DNA of 64,000 nt from an uncultured Gammaproteobacteria bacterium (GCA_964573135.1 CAZNIO010000005.1:3362-67361), one strand, 5' to 3'. Counted from the first letter of the stretch, positions 20,009 through 30,319 are shown. Notes: a model not told the origin generated them from the letters alone. Made by a program: numbers and translations.

Positions 20009-20699
20009 AAATTAAAAAAATATTCTTAATATAATCAAAAACGACTACGATAACCCCCACTTTACTTTTCCTTTCGTTAATAATTGTCTCCTGCCATTTA
20101 ACTGGTATCTCCTTAATTTTCATGTTTAATTTCTGAGATAATACTAACATTTCCGTATCAAAAAACCAAGCTTTATTCTCAACATTGGGTAAAATCTCAT
20201 CTATCACCCGCCTATTAACAGCCTTAAACCCACATGGCGCATCCTTGATTCTTAATCCTAAAAAAATTTTCAACAACAAGCGTAAAACATTAGAATAAAA
20301 TCTACGCAATAAGGATCTCTCGACTTTAGCCCCAGACATAAATCTTGATCCCACTACTATATCAAACCCATCATTCACTCCAGCTATTAATTCTGGCAAT
20401 GCTATCAAATCAGTCGATAAATCAATATCCATATAGACATAAATATTACCAGGAAAACCCTTCCATGCTTCCATTACTCCATAACCCTTACCTTTCTTAC
20501 TAAAACGAAAATATTCTATTTCTTCATACTTCTCAGCTAGATAGCAACCAATTTCTGCCGTTTTATCTGTCGATCCATTATCTGACAATATAATCTGCCA
20601 AACATCATCTAAGTTCTTTTTACAAAAAGAAAATACTCTCAGGGTATTCTCTTCCAAAACTAATTCTTCATTTAAAACAGGTAAAACTATTGTAATCAT
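19995..20699 (-). CDS. GT2 glycosyltransferase
   Basis: ITIVLPVLNEE ... LSDNGSTDKT ... MDIDLSTD. Confidence 0.8.
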   Translation of the reverse strand: MITIVLPVLNEELVLEENTLRVFSFCKKNLDDVWQIILSDNGSTDKTAEIGCYLAEKYEEIEYFRFSKKGKGYGVMEAWKGFPGNIYVYMDIDLSTDLIALPELIAGVNDGFDIVVGSRFMSGAKVERSLLRRFYSNVLRLLLKIFLGLRIKDAPCGFKAVNRRVIDEILPNVENKAWFFDTEMLVLSQKLNMKIKEIPVKWQETIINERKSKVGVIVVVFDYIKNIFLIYDRK

Positions 20700-20769
20700 A
20701 TAAAATAAATAAAAGGCTTATAAAAAGCCAGTGTATAACTTGTAAATTTTAATATAAAACTCATTGGTC

Positions 20770-21888
20770 CTATTTACCTAATCTCTCCTTAAAATAATCA
20801 ACCCAAGGGATAGGAGAAGGGTCAACACCATTCAATATGGCTAAATAAAAACTAACATATGATCCAATTAAAAGCATCTCAAAAGATTGCTCTAACTGAG
20901 TCATGCCTTCTAGCTCAACGCCTATATACCCAATCTTATTCTTCCTCACTACATCTTTAGTAATCTCAATTCTTTTTCTGTTCTTTTCATAATACAAAGA
21001 AGAATCAAAAAACACAAATTTTAAATTTTTACTATTAGTCCCAGGTTTTTTTAATCCCTCCATTAAATGATGATTCAACTCTGAAACAACATAGTAAAAA
21101 GAAAAATTCTTAGCATTCTCATTAATCTGATTGGTCATTACATGGGCATTGCCTGATAAAAAATCAGCCGTAATTATTACAGGAATTTTATCTTTCAAGT
21201 CCAACGCAATTTGCTTCGCTATATTTGCAGATGCCAATCTCCTTATATCAAATTTTTTCTTAACTTTTTTCAAAAATAATATAACACTTTTAATCTCATT
21301 ATCGCTCACATTAACTACCCCCGCCTGTCGCAGTAAACCCAAAAGTCCAGTTACCGAATAGCTTATCCCCATTCTAGGCTCTCCGCACGGATTATGACGC
21401 TCGTCAATTAAATAACCAGCCACCTCGCCATTCTTTATTAATTCTCCTAATCTACCACCAGTAGAAATTCCAAGAATCTGTGACCCCCTCTTCTTTGCCT
21501 CCTTACGTGAAAACAAAACCTCCTCAGTATTACCAGAATAACTCGATAAAATAAATAAAGTATTTTTATCCACCATCCCAGGAACTTGATAGCTGTGAAT
21601 ATTACCAACTGGCACTTTCAATTTTTTAAAAAAAACAGATTGGATAATATGAGCCCCCAGACCAGAACCGCCCATACCATTAATCACCACCTTATCTATC
21701 TTGTTAAAAGAACCGCCTAACTTCACTTTTTTCGTCTCGCTCCAGGCCTGTTCAATTTGCTTATAAAAAGAATCAATTGACCCAATCATATTTGATTGAT
21801 CCATCCTCTCAATCCTCTTTATATTATCCAATATATTCATAAATTTATTGATTATATAACCAACCTCTTGTCTATTTAATTCTATCAT
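20770..21888 (-). CDS. Bifunctional phosphoglucose/phosphomannose isomerase (SIS domain, archaeal-type PGI/PMI)
   Basis: Two SIS-like halves. VINGMGGSGLGAHI, SYSGNTEE. Confidence 0.65.
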   Translation of the reverse strand: MIELNRQEVGYIINKFMNILDNIKRIERMDQSNMIGSIDSFYKQIEQAWSETKKVKLGGSFNKIDKVVINGMGGSGLGAHIIQSVFFKKLKVPVGNIHSYQVPGMVDKNTLFILSSYSGNTEEVLFSRKEAKKRGSQILGISTGGRLGELIKNGEVAGYLIDERHNPCGEPRMGISYSVTGLLGLLRQAGVVNVSDNEIKSVILFLKKVKKKFDIRRLASANIAKQIALDLKDKIPVIITADFLSGNAHVMTNQINENAKNFSFYYVVSELNHHLMEGLKKPGTNSKNLKFVFFDSSLYYEKNRKRIEITKDVVRKNKIGYIGVELEGMTQLEQSFEMLLIGSYVSFYLAILNGVDPSPIPWVDYFKERLGK

Positions 21889-21912
21889 TTTTAACCCTTA
21901 CAAGCAAAAAAA

Positions 21913-22509
21913 TTAACCTCTATAATTACTAGCAATAATATATACTTCAAAACTCCTATCGCGACAAGCCTTAGGTTTAAATACACTCACTTTTTTAAAA
22001 GCTTGTTTCACTTTTCTCAAAAAATCGTCCATATCACTCCCCTGAAAAACCTTTATCACCAACGAACCCTTAAGTGCCAAAAGCTCACATGCTAATTCTA
22101 ATACCCTTTCACCAAGCTCAATCGAACGATAGTGATCAACTTCTTTAACCCCACTTGTTTTAGGCGCTAAATCAGATAAAATCACATCAAACCTCTTTGC
22201 ACATTTTTCTCTAATTACAGATTCTATTTTCTCATCAAAAATATTTATTTGTAAAGTAACAATGCTTTTGCCAATCCCCTGTATATCTGTAGTATCAACA
22301 CCCACCAATTTTGAATTATCCCCAACAACCTCGCGTACAAATTGCAACCAGCTCCCAGGAGCTGCCCCTAAATCCAAAACGTTCATGCCCTTTTTTAAAA
22401 TACGAAATTTTTCTTGAATTTCCTGTAACTTAAAAACACTCCGCGCTAAATAGCCCAGTTTCTTGGCTTTTTGAAAATATTTGTCTTGCACACTAAAACC
22501 TTTCGTCAT
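21913..22509 (-). CDS. rlmE: 23S rRNA 2'-O-ribose methyltransferase RlmE/FtsJ
   Basis: SVFKLQEI ... VLDLGAAPGSWLQ ... DVILSDLAPKTSG. Confidence 0.85.
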   Translation of the reverse strand: MTKGFSVQDKYFQKAKKLGYLARSVFKLQEIQEKFRILKKGMNVLDLGAAPGSWLQFVREVVGDNSKLVGVDTTDIQGIGKSIVTLQINIFDEKIESVIREKCAKRFDVILSDLAPKTSGVKEVDHYRSIELGERVLELACELLALKGSLVIKVFQGSDMDDFLRKVKQAFKKVSVFKPKACRDRSFEVYIIASNYRG

Positions 22510-22605
22510 AATTTAATCTTAGCTAAAAATTTGAAATCAAGCAAAAAATATCAACTTGCAATTTCGTAAAAATAGGAATAAACTACATGTTATACACAAA
22601 AAACT

Positions 22606-23649
22606 ATGGAACTAACCAACAAATTTAAAGATAAAAAAGCATGGGATCAATTTATCTGGCATAATACCAATCCAGCCAGTTTTTTGCAATCCTGGGATTG
22701 GGCTCAATTTAATCAAGAAATATTGGGCAACCAAGTCAAGCGCCTAGCTGTTCTTGAAAACAAAGAACTGGAAATGATTACCATGGCCATTAAAAAAATC
22801 TTACCAGGTAACCAATCTTTTTGGTATTGTCCCCGCGGACCCATTTGGAATAAAAATCACGTAGAGAAAAAAACCTCTAGCTATGGAGCAGTCATTAAAA
22901 GAATAGGTCAAGATTTTAAAAATTCTGTTTTTCTACGTACTTTACCGCCTTATGAAACAAGAGGCCACACCAGTGGTTTTATCCAAAGACTAGGTTTTAA
23001 AACACCAAAAATTTTGACTCACACTAAAGAACCCACCAGTACTATTATACTCGATCTACAAAAAACACAAGATGAATTACTCGCCAAAATGCATCCTAAA
23101 ACTAGATATAATATCCGCCTTGCAGCAAAAAAGGGAGTTACTATCCGAATCTCTAATCCTGACACTATTATCAAAGACACTGCTACTTTCTGCGATCTTA
23201 ATTTAAATACCGCCAAAAGAAACAAAATTCACACTTACCCTCAGGAGTATTACAAAAAACTCATTAACTTTTTTACAAGCAATCAAAAAGAAATTAAATT
23301 AAAACTTTATTTAGCGGAACATGATAATAAGCCCTTGGCCAGTATTATTGTCATCTATTACGGCAAAACCGCCACCTACCTCCACGGTGCTTCCTCTACC
23401 CAAGGCAGACAATTAATGGCGGGCTATCTCATCCAATGGCAGTCCATACAAGACGCCAAGCAAGCCGGCATGACAGTCTACGATTTGTGGGGTATAGATG
23501 AATCAAACACCAAATGGGCAGGCATTACCAAATTTAAAAAAGGATTTGGTGGAAAAACTATAAACTATGTAGGTGCTTGGGACTATATTCTGAACAAAAA
23601 ATGGTATAATATATTCCGAATTTCCCGCATAATTAAAAAAATATTTTAA
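22606..23649 (+). CDS. FemAB-family peptidoglycan interpeptide-bridge aminoacyltransferase
   Basis: 347 aa. GNAT-like duplicated fold signature in the C-terminal half (TATYLHGASSTQGRQLMAGYLIQWQSIQDAKQAGMTVYDLWGI). Confidence 0.65.
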   Translation: MELTNKFKDKKAWDQFIWHNTNPASFLQSWDWAQFNQEILGNQVKRLAVLENKELEMITMAIKKILPGNQSFWYCPRGPIWNKNHVEKKTSSYGAVIKRIGQDFKNSVFLRTLPPYETRGHTSGFIQRLGFKTPKILTHTKEPTSTIILDLQKTQDELLAKMHPKTRYNIRLAAKKGVTIRISNPDTIIKDTATFCDLNLNTAKRNKIHTYPQEYYKKLINFFTSNQKEIKLKLYLAEHDNKPLASIIVIYYGKTATYLHGASSTQGRQLMAGYLIQWQSIQDAKQAGMTVYDLWGIDESNTKWAGITKFKKGFGGKTINYVGAWDYILNKKWYNIFRISRIIKKIF

Positions 23650-23658
23650 CCAATAAAC

Positions 23659-23684
23659 AAAACAAGAAAAATCTTGTTTTTTTG
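23659..23684 (+). terminator. Hairpin AACAAG-aaaaat-CTTGTT plus T-tract
   Basis: Immediately after the FemAB-like stop. Confidence 0.45.
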
Positions 23685-23704
23685 CTAACTATAAATTAAA
23701 CCCT

Positions 23705-24442
23705 ATGACCAATAAAATAGTAGTACTAGCGGCTGGCAAAGGCACCCGTATGCTAGAATTATCCAAAGATAAACCAAAGCATCTAATCCATGTCAAAACC
23801 AAACCATTTATATATTATCTTTTAAAAAATATTAAACGTGCTGGTTTTAAAGAAATAATTCTAGTCATTGGCTATCAGAAAGAAAAAATGCAAGAATTTG
23901 CAGAAAAGTATAAACATAAATTTAATCTGACACTTGTAGACCAATTTGAAATTATAGGGACAAAACGATATGGCACAGCTTGCCCGGTAGAATGTGTAGA
24001 AAAAAATGTGCACAACGAAAACTTCATCGTTGTCAATGGCGATGACCTGTACTCAGCTGAAGACCTTAAAATAATGAGAGCTCTTAAAAATAAATATTGT
24101 TATGTAGCAGGATACCACCACCAAGAGCCTCAGCACTACGGATTACACAAAGTTGATCAACATGGATTTCTACAAAACATTACCGAAAAACCGAAACCAG
24201 GCATAGATTTTGATGACCAGCGACCCCTCGACTATTCAATTAATATTGGCATGTATAAATTCACGCCTGAAATCTTTGAAAGTATCAAAAAAATTAACGA
24301 GTCACCCAGAGGTGAATATGAAATCACTGACGCAATAACACTATTAGCTAAGAAAAAAAAGGTAAAAGTTGTACCAATCAAAGATGGTTGGAAAAGTTTT
24401 ACCAATCCAGATGATATTGATAAAATGGAAAAAGAAATTTAA
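23705..24442 (+). CDS. Sugar-phosphate nucleotidyltransferase (NTP_transferase fold)
   Basis: KIVVLAAGKGTRM N-terminal signature. 245 aa. Confidence 0.75.
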   Translation: MTNKIVVLAAGKGTRMLELSKDKPKHLIHVKTKPFIYYLLKNIKRAGFKEIILVIGYQKEKMQEFAEKYKHKFNLTLVDQFEIIGTKRYGTACPVECVEKNVHNENFIVVNGDDLYSAEDLKIMRALKNKYCYVAGYHHQEPQHYGLHKVDQHGFLQNITEKPKPGIDFDDQRPLDYSINIGMYKFTPEIFESIKKINESPRGEYEITDAITLLAKKKKVKVVPIKDGWKSFTNPDDIDKMEKEI

Positions 24443-24464
24443 TATATACATAACATATTACTTA

Positions 24465-24490
24465 AAAGGCGAGATTTAATCTCGCCTTTT
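24465..24490 (+). terminator. Hairpin AAAGGCGAGAT-tta-ATCTCGCCTTT plus T
   Basis: 11-bp perfect stem after the nucleotidyltransferase stop. Confidence 0.6.
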
Positions 24491-24543
24491 AAATACCTCT
24501 ATAAAATTTACAAATCCCCCCATTTAATATAAACTAAACCTAT

Positions 24544-25752
24544 ATGAAAACCCTCATCAAAAAACTAACTCCCAATTTTATTCTCTCATATTACCATCTA
24601 ATATTAGCTATTTTAGCCAAATTATTTTACAACAACCCATCAAAAAGAATGACAGTTATTGGGGTAACGGGAACCGCTGGTAAATCATCAACCTGCTATT
24701 TTATTGCCCAAGTTCTAGAGGCCTCTGGTTTTAATGTTGGCATGACAACAACCACTCTTTTTAAAATCAAAAACAAAGAGTGGCTAAACGATCAAAAAAT
24801 GACCATGCTTGGTAGATTCCAAACTCAGAAACTTCTAAAAAAAATGGTAAAACAAAATTGCAACATTGCTATCATCGAAACATCCTCTGAAGGCATTAAG
24901 CAATCTCGTCATGTTGGTATTAATTATGATATATTAGTTTTTACCAATATCTATCCTGAACACATCGAAAGTCATGGTAGTTTTGAAAAATATAAGCAAG
25001 CCAAAGGAAGGCTCTTCAAGCACTTAGAAAACTCTTATCACAAAAAAAATATTGAAAAGACAATCATAGTTAATAAAGATGATGAGAATGCAAACTATTT
25101 CTTAAATTTCAAGGCTGATAAAAAAATCACCTACACAAAATCAGATGCTCAAGGGTATAAAATAAATTTACTTGGAAAATATAACATATACAATGCTTTA
25201 GCAGCTGCAAATGTAGCCAGTGTCCTCAAGGTTGATCACCTAAAAATTAAACAAGCCATTACCAACCTCAAGCCATTACCCGGTAGACTCGAATTTATTA
25301 AAAATAATAAAGGGTTTAAAATAATGGTTGACTACAGTTTTGAGCCACAAGCTCTAGAAAAACTCTATCAAACACTAAGCGACGTTAAATACAACAAACT
25401 CATCCACGTCTTGGGCTCTTGTGGTGGTGGGCGCGACAAAGCCAGGCGACCAATACTTGGCAAAATGGCAGAAAAAAAAGCCAATACTATCATCGTCACC
25501 AACGAAGATCCATACGACGAAAATCCACAAACAATCATCGACCAAGTCATTTCTGGCATAAAAGACAAAAGTAAAACATTAAAAATACTAGATCGCCGAC
25601 AAGCCATCCACAAAGCCTTATCAATTGCAAAAGAAAACGATCTCGTCCTAATAACTGGCAAAGGAGCTGAACAAGCAATTTGCACAGCCCATAATAAAAA
25701 AATGCCGTGGGATGACCGACAAATAGTTAAAGAAGAACTAACTAAAATATAA
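24544..25752 (+). CDS. Mur ligase family protein (MurE-like central plus C-terminal domains, short N-terminus)
   Basis: P-loop VIGVTGTAGKSST at residue ~40, PGRLE motif, C-terminal VTNEDPYDENPQ resembling the MurE DNPR region. 402 aa, so it lacks the ~100-aa N-terminal domain of canonical MurE. Confidence 0.7.
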   Translation: MKTLIKKLTPNFILSYYHLILAILAKLFYNNPSKRMTVIGVTGTAGKSSTCYFIAQVLEASGFNVGMTTTTLFKIKNKEWLNDQKMTMLGRFQTQKLLKKMVKQNCNIAIIETSSEGIKQSRHVGINYDILVFTNIYPEHIESHGSFEKYKQAKGRLFKHLENSYHKKNIEKTIIVNKDDENANYFLNFKADKKITYTKSDAQGYKINLLGKYNIYNALAAANVASVLKVDHLKIKQAITNLKPLPGRLEFIKNNKGFKIMVDYSFEPQALEKLYQTLSDVKYNKLIHVLGSCGGGRDKARRPILGKMAEKKANTIIVTNEDPYDENPQTIIDQVISGIKDKSKTLKILDRRQAIHKALSIAKENDLVLITGKGAEQAICTAHNKKMPWDDRQIVKEELTKI

Positions 25753-25773
25753 ATAATACTTGACTAAAAATCT

Positions 25774-26763
25774 ATGTCTAAAAAATTCGATATAATTAGC
25801 ATTGGATCTGCTGTACGTGACATTTTTATCCAAAACAAAGACCTAAGTTGCCAAGGAAAAATATGTCATCCTTTTGATCCAAGCAATCTTGGCAATAAAA
25901 TCACTGTTAAAGAAATGTATTTTGACATTGGGGGTGGCGGATCAAATTCTGCCGCAACTTTCTCAAATATGGGTTTACAAACCGCACTCATAAGCCAAAT
26001 TGCCAATGATCTGCCTGGTAAAGAAATACTTAAAACAATGAAAAAATTTAAGGTAGATACTAGTTTAGTAAATATAAAAAAGAGAGAAGAAACTGGTTAC
26101 TCTGTAATATTTTTAAGCAATACTGGTGATCGCACCGCCCTTATCTTCCGTGGCGCAAGTGACTTTAAAAATTTTAAACTCAAAAAAACCAACATCCACT
26201 CCACCTGGCTTTTTGTAACATCCCTTAACGGCAACTTGCCTCTTCTTAAAAAACTGCTCCAAATTGCCAAAAAAAATAATATAAAAATTGCCTGGAATCC
26301 AGGCAACAAAGAACTACTTTCAAGTAAATCTCAGCTAAAGCCCATATTACAAAAGACTGACGTTCTTCTACTTAACATCAAGGAAGCTCAGGCATTGACC
26401 AACTCTAAAAGCAAAAACATTAAACCTATCGTCTCAAAGCTCTCAAAAATTGCACCAAATGCAATAATCTCTGTAACCGCCGGTAACCGAGGTGCTTTTG
26501 TCAAAGATAAATCCCAGCTCTTGTCTGCCAAAATTCTCGATAAAAAAGTAGTCAACGCCACTGGCGCTGGCGACGCCTTTGGCTCAGGTTTTGTTTCTGG
26601 CCTCCATCTATACAACTACGACATCAAAAAAGCACTCCAGCTAGCCATGCTAAATTCAAATAGTGTAGTCACTAAAATGGGTGCCAAGCACGGTTTACTC
26701 AATAAGCCACCCACTAAAAAAATGTTAGATAAAATCAAAATAAAAGTCACTCTAGCTACTTGA
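25774..26763 (+). CDS. PfkB-family carbohydrate kinase (ribokinase-like)
   Basis: DIGGGGSNSAATFSNMG and NATGAGDAFGSGF signature motifs. Confidence 0.8.
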   Translation: MSKKFDIISIGSAVRDIFIQNKDLSCQGKICHPFDPSNLGNKITVKEMYFDIGGGGSNSAATFSNMGLQTALISQIANDLPGKEILKTMKKFKVDTSLVNIKKREETGYSVIFLSNTGDRTALIFRGASDFKNFKLKKTNIHSTWLFVTSLNGNLPLLKKLLQIAKKNNIKIAWNPGNKELLSSKSQLKPILQKTDVLLLNIKEAQALTNSKSKNIKPIVSKLSKIAPNAIISVTAGNRGAFVKDKSQLLSAKILDKKVVNATGAGDAFGSGFVSGLHLYNYDIKKALQLAMLNSNSVVTKMGAKHGLLNKPPTKKMLDKIKIKVTLAT

Positions 26764-26810
26764 TTTAATCCCCAATCCCTGATACAATAACCTAAATTCA
26801 AAAACAATTC

Positions 26811-29282
26811 ATGACCACTCAAATTAATATCCTAAATAAACTTACTAAAAGCTACAAAAAAACCATAGTACATGCCTATGGGTTATCTTTAGCTAAAAAG
26901 AAAAAAAGTATAGAACCCATTGATCTATTGCAATCACTCGTCAATAATAAGGGGTCACTTGCAAGTGAAGTCCTGACCAAAGTAGGAATTAAACTCTCTG
27001 CTACAAAACAAGCCACAAGAACACGTCAAACAATAGAATTAGAAAAAATATTCTCTCCTGCTAACCAGCAAGCAATCCACGCGATTAAAAACATTATTAT
27101 TAAATCAGTAGAAGTCGCCGCCAAACATAATCATCAATATATTGGCACAGAACATCTTCTCCATAGTCTAGTGACCGCCAAAGACGAAAAAGTATTAAAA
27201 ACACTAACTAAATTTAAAACAAACCCAAAAGTGATCCTAAATCATCTCAAATCTATTCTTGGCTCAACTTCCAATTTTCCAAATATGACCCAAACCATTA
27301 ATGCCATTAAACAAAAAGTGGATAAACACCAAAAAGGACTGCACCAGAAAGAAGAAAGTTTACTTGATTTTTTTGGCCAATGCCTAACTGACCAAGCCGT
27401 TCAAAAGAAAATAGATCCAGTTATTGGGCGGGAGCAAGAGCTAAATCGCATTATTCAAATTCTCTCACGCAAAAACAAAAATAATCCAATTCTTCTCGGC
27501 GAACCAGGCGTAGGCAAAACTGCTATTATAGAGGGTTTGGCTAAAAAAATAATGCAAGGCAATGTACCCGACATATTACTCACTAAAAATATATATAGTC
27601 TTGATATTCCCCTACTCGTAGCTGGCACCAGCTATCGAGGAGAGTTTGAAGCCAGAATTAAACAAATAGTTGATGAGGTTAAAAAAAATCCTGATATAAT
27701 CCTATTTATTGATGAAATCCATAATATTATGGGTGCTGGCTCAGCTTCTGGTACAATGGATGCTGCCAATATTTTAAAACCAGCTCTAGCCAGAGGAGAA
27801 ATAAGATGCATTGGCGCTACAACATACAATGATTACAAAAAACACATTGAACCAGACACTGCTCTCTGCCGACGCTTTCAATCAGTTAAAGTTGATGAAC
27901 CAACTACGCAAGAAACAATCGATATTATTCACGGCATCAAAGAGTCATTTATCAAGCACCACGGCCTAGATATTACCGACGAAGCCATACTCCAAGCCGT
28001 CTATTTAAGTGACCGCTATATCACCGACCAATTCCAACCCGATAAATCAATTGACCTCATTGATGAAGCCCTAGCAAAAAAGAAACTATCACAGCCAGGT
28101 AACAAAAATTATCAACAGTTAATTAATTTAGAAAAAGAACTAGAAGATATTTTTGAACAAAAAAAAGATTTAATCCTCAAAGAAAAATACAAGGAAGCAC
28201 TTGAAATCAAAACCAAAGAGTTTGAGTTAATTAATCAAATATATAAATTAGAGGAAAAAAAGTTGCAAAACAACTTAATTTCAAAAAGTTTAGACAACCA
28301 TATCACTAAAAAAGACATTACCGCCATAGTGGCTGCATCAACTAAAATTGATATTCCAGACTCAAGCCAACCCAAAAAGAATTTAAAAAATCTGACAAAA
28401 AAACTCAAAACAAAAATCGTTGGCCAAGATAAAATATTAGAAGACCTAGTGATCGCCCTGCAAAGATCAGCCATAGGCTTATCTGGCCAAAAACGACCCC
28501 TGGGCTCATTTATCTTCACAGGACCATCTGGTGTGGGTAAAACATATATTGCAGAAACCCTAGCCCAAACAATCTTCCCCAGCAAACAAAACCTCATACG
28601 ATTAGATATGTCAGAATTTAATGAAAAATTCAATGCCAGTAAAATGCTAGGAGCTCCTGCCGGCTATGTTGGTTACACCGAAGGTGGTACTCTAACAGAA
28701 AAAGTTAAACGCAACCCACATTCAGTTGTTCTTTTTGATGAAATAGAAAAAGCTCACCCAGATATATTCAATATTCTACTTCAAATATTAGAAGATGGGC
28801 ATTTAACTGATGCCAAAGGAAAAACCATTAACTTTAAAAATACCATTATTATCATCACCACCAACATAGGCCTAAAAAAATCCAATGAAAATGACTCAAT
28901 TGGCTTTGATAATTCAAACCAAATCCAAAATAATAATTTTCTAGAAAGTCTACATGACTTATTACGCCCTGAATTAATAAATAGAATCGACCAACTACTC
29001 GTCTTCCAACCCCTATCCGCAAAAAGTATTAAAAAAATAATTGAACTTGAGCTACAAAATATTAACCACCAACTCAAGCACCAAAATCTTGTCATCAACT
29101 GGGATAAAAAGGTAATTGATCACTTAGTAAAAGATTATACACCTAAAGAAGGTGCACGCTATGTAAGAAAAATTCTACGCCATAAAATTGAAAATCCACT
29201 AACAACACAATTGATTGAAGGCAATCTCAAAAACAACACAGCTAGTATTAAAGTTCAAAATAATACAATAATCATTAATTAA
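26811..29282 (+). CDS. clpC: ClpC/ClpB-family AAA+ chaperone ATPase (two AAA modules, Clp_N repeats)
   Basis: Clp_N repeats. Walker A LLGEPGVGKTAI (D1) and FTGPSGVGKTYIAE (D2). Short middle domain, ClpC-like. Confidence 0.85.
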   Translation: MTTQINILNKLTKSYKKTIVHAYGLSLAKKKKSIEPIDLLQSLVNNKGSLASEVLTKVGIKLSATKQATRTRQTIELEKIFSPANQQAIHAIKNIIIKSVEVAAKHNHQYIGTEHLLHSLVTAKDEKVLKTLTKFKTNPKVILNHLKSILGSTSNFPNMTQTINAIKQKVDKHQKGLHQKEESLLDFFGQCLTDQAVQKKIDPVIGREQELNRIIQILSRKNKNNPILLGEPGVGKTAIIEGLAKKIMQGNVPDILLTKNIYSLDIPLLVAGTSYRGEFEARIKQIVDEVKKNPDIILFIDEIHNIMGAGSASGTMDAANILKPALARGEIRCIGATTYNDYKKHIEPDTALCRRFQSVKVDEPTTQETIDIIHGIKESFIKHHGLDITDEAILQAVYLSDRYITDQFQPDKSIDLIDEALAKKKLSQPGNKNYQQLINLEKELEDIFEQKKDLILKEKYKEALEIKTKEFELINQIYKLEEKKLQNNLISKSLDNHITKKDITAIVAASTKIDIPDSSQPKKNLKNLTKKLKTKIVGQDKILEDLVIALQRSAIGLSGQKRPLGSFIFTGPSGVGKTYIAETLAQTIFPSKQNLIRLDMSEFNEKFNASKMLGAPAGYVGYTEGGTLTEKVKRNPHSVVLFDEIEKAHPDIFNILLQILEDGHLTDAKGKTINFKNTIIIITTNIGLKKSNENDSIGFDNSNQIQNNNFLESLHDLLRPELINRIDQLLVFQPLSAKSIKKIIELELQNINHQLKHQNLVINWDKKVIDHLVKDYTPKEGARYVRKILRHKIENPLTTQLIEGNLKNNTASIKVQNNTIIIN

Positions 29283-29296
29283 AGTTCAAGGCAACT

Positions 29297-29328
29297 AAAA
29301 ACACCCTTAAAATCTAAGGGTGTTTTTA
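29297..29328. terminator. Bidirectional hairpin AAAACACCCTTA-aaatc-TAAGGGTGTTTT
   Basis: 12-bp stem flanked by A- and T-tracts, between clpC (+) and the tRNA-Ser genes (-). Confidence 0.6.
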
Positions 29329-29330
29329 GT

Positions 29331-29420
29331 TGGCGGTGAGGGTGGGATTCGAACCCACGGGACCCGTGAAGGCCCAATAGTTTTCAAGACTATCTCATTC
29401 GACCACTCTGACACCTCACC
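29331..29420 (-). tRNA. tRNA-Ser (anticodon UGA), type II
   Basis: Reverse complement: acceptor GGUGAGG/CCUCACC. Anticodon stem AUAGU/ACUAU with loop CUUGAAA. Long variable arm, T-arm GUGGG-UUCGAAU-CCCAC, CCA encoded. Confidence 0.8.
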
Positions 29421-29424
29421 TTAT

Positions 29425-29514
<90 letters not shown>

Positions 29515-29587
29515 AAAATAATCTTTTGAAGATGGCGAAACGATCCGTCATCTTCAAAATTTATCGTAACATTTTTAATTTAAAAAA

Positions 29588-30319
29588 TCAACCTCTGGCC
29601 AGAACCATCGCCCATACTCGATGTGCTCCTTTTTTCTTCAAAACTCGTGCACATTCCCCCAAGGTAGCACTCGTAGTTAAAATATCATCAATTAACAACA
29701 CATCACCACTGACGAATTCATCAACATCAAAAATATTTTGAATGCTCTTAACGCGTTTTTTCTTCTTAAGCCCAACCTGGGGTTTAGTATATTTTCTCCG
29801 TACAATCAAATCGGTTCTCACCTGCCAATCAAAAAAATTAGAAACACTACTTGCTAATAATTCTGCCTGATTAAAACCACGCCAGCGCAATCTCTTTTTA
29901 TGCAAAGGAACAGGTGCTACAACAAACCCCCCTGCAAGTAAAAACATATTCCCCTGTTGCTTGGATAATATTATCTTGTTAATAAAAACACGGGATAAAC
30001 CCACATGTAAATCTTGAATAAAATTATACTTAAACTTGCGTATCACATTCTGCAATAGTTTATCACCAGATTCACAGGCAATGATCACTCCATCCAGACT
30101 CGTTTCACTCCGACACTCATCATGCGTTTTGCCAAAATGTACTTTTTGCTTACACACAACACATCTATCTTCAACCCTATATTCAAATCCGTCTAAACAC
30201 TTACTACACAACCAATCATTCTCCTTGCCACACCCCAGACACTCCACAGGGAAAAGAATATTAAGTATAAAAAACTTAATATCTTTAAGAAAGTTAACAA
30301 AAACATTCTTTTCTGCCAT
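29588..30319 (-). CDS. comFC: ComF-family protein (double zinc ribbon plus phosphoribosyltransferase domain)
   Basis: N-terminal CxxC...CxxC...CxxC pairs. C-terminal PRTase motif VLLIDDILTTSATL. Confidence 0.75.
   Translation of the reverse strand: MAEKNVFVNFLKDIKFFILNILFPVECLGCGKENDWLCSKCLDGFEYRVEDRCVVCKQKVHFGKTHDECRSETSLDGVIIACESGDKLLQNVIRKFKYNFIQDLHVGLSRVFINKIILSKQQGNMFLLAGGFVVAPVPLHKKRLRWRGFNQAELLASSVSNFFDWQVRTDLIVRRKYTKPQVGLKKKKRVKSIQNIFDVDEFVSGDVLLIDDILTTSATLGECARVLKKKGAHRVWAMVLARG

Noticed and set aside
22547-22590. Weak promoter-like TTGCAA-17-TAAACT upstream of the FemAB-like gene
   Set aside because: Only 4/6 match in the -10. Not distinguishable from background in AT-rich DNA, so not reported as a feature.
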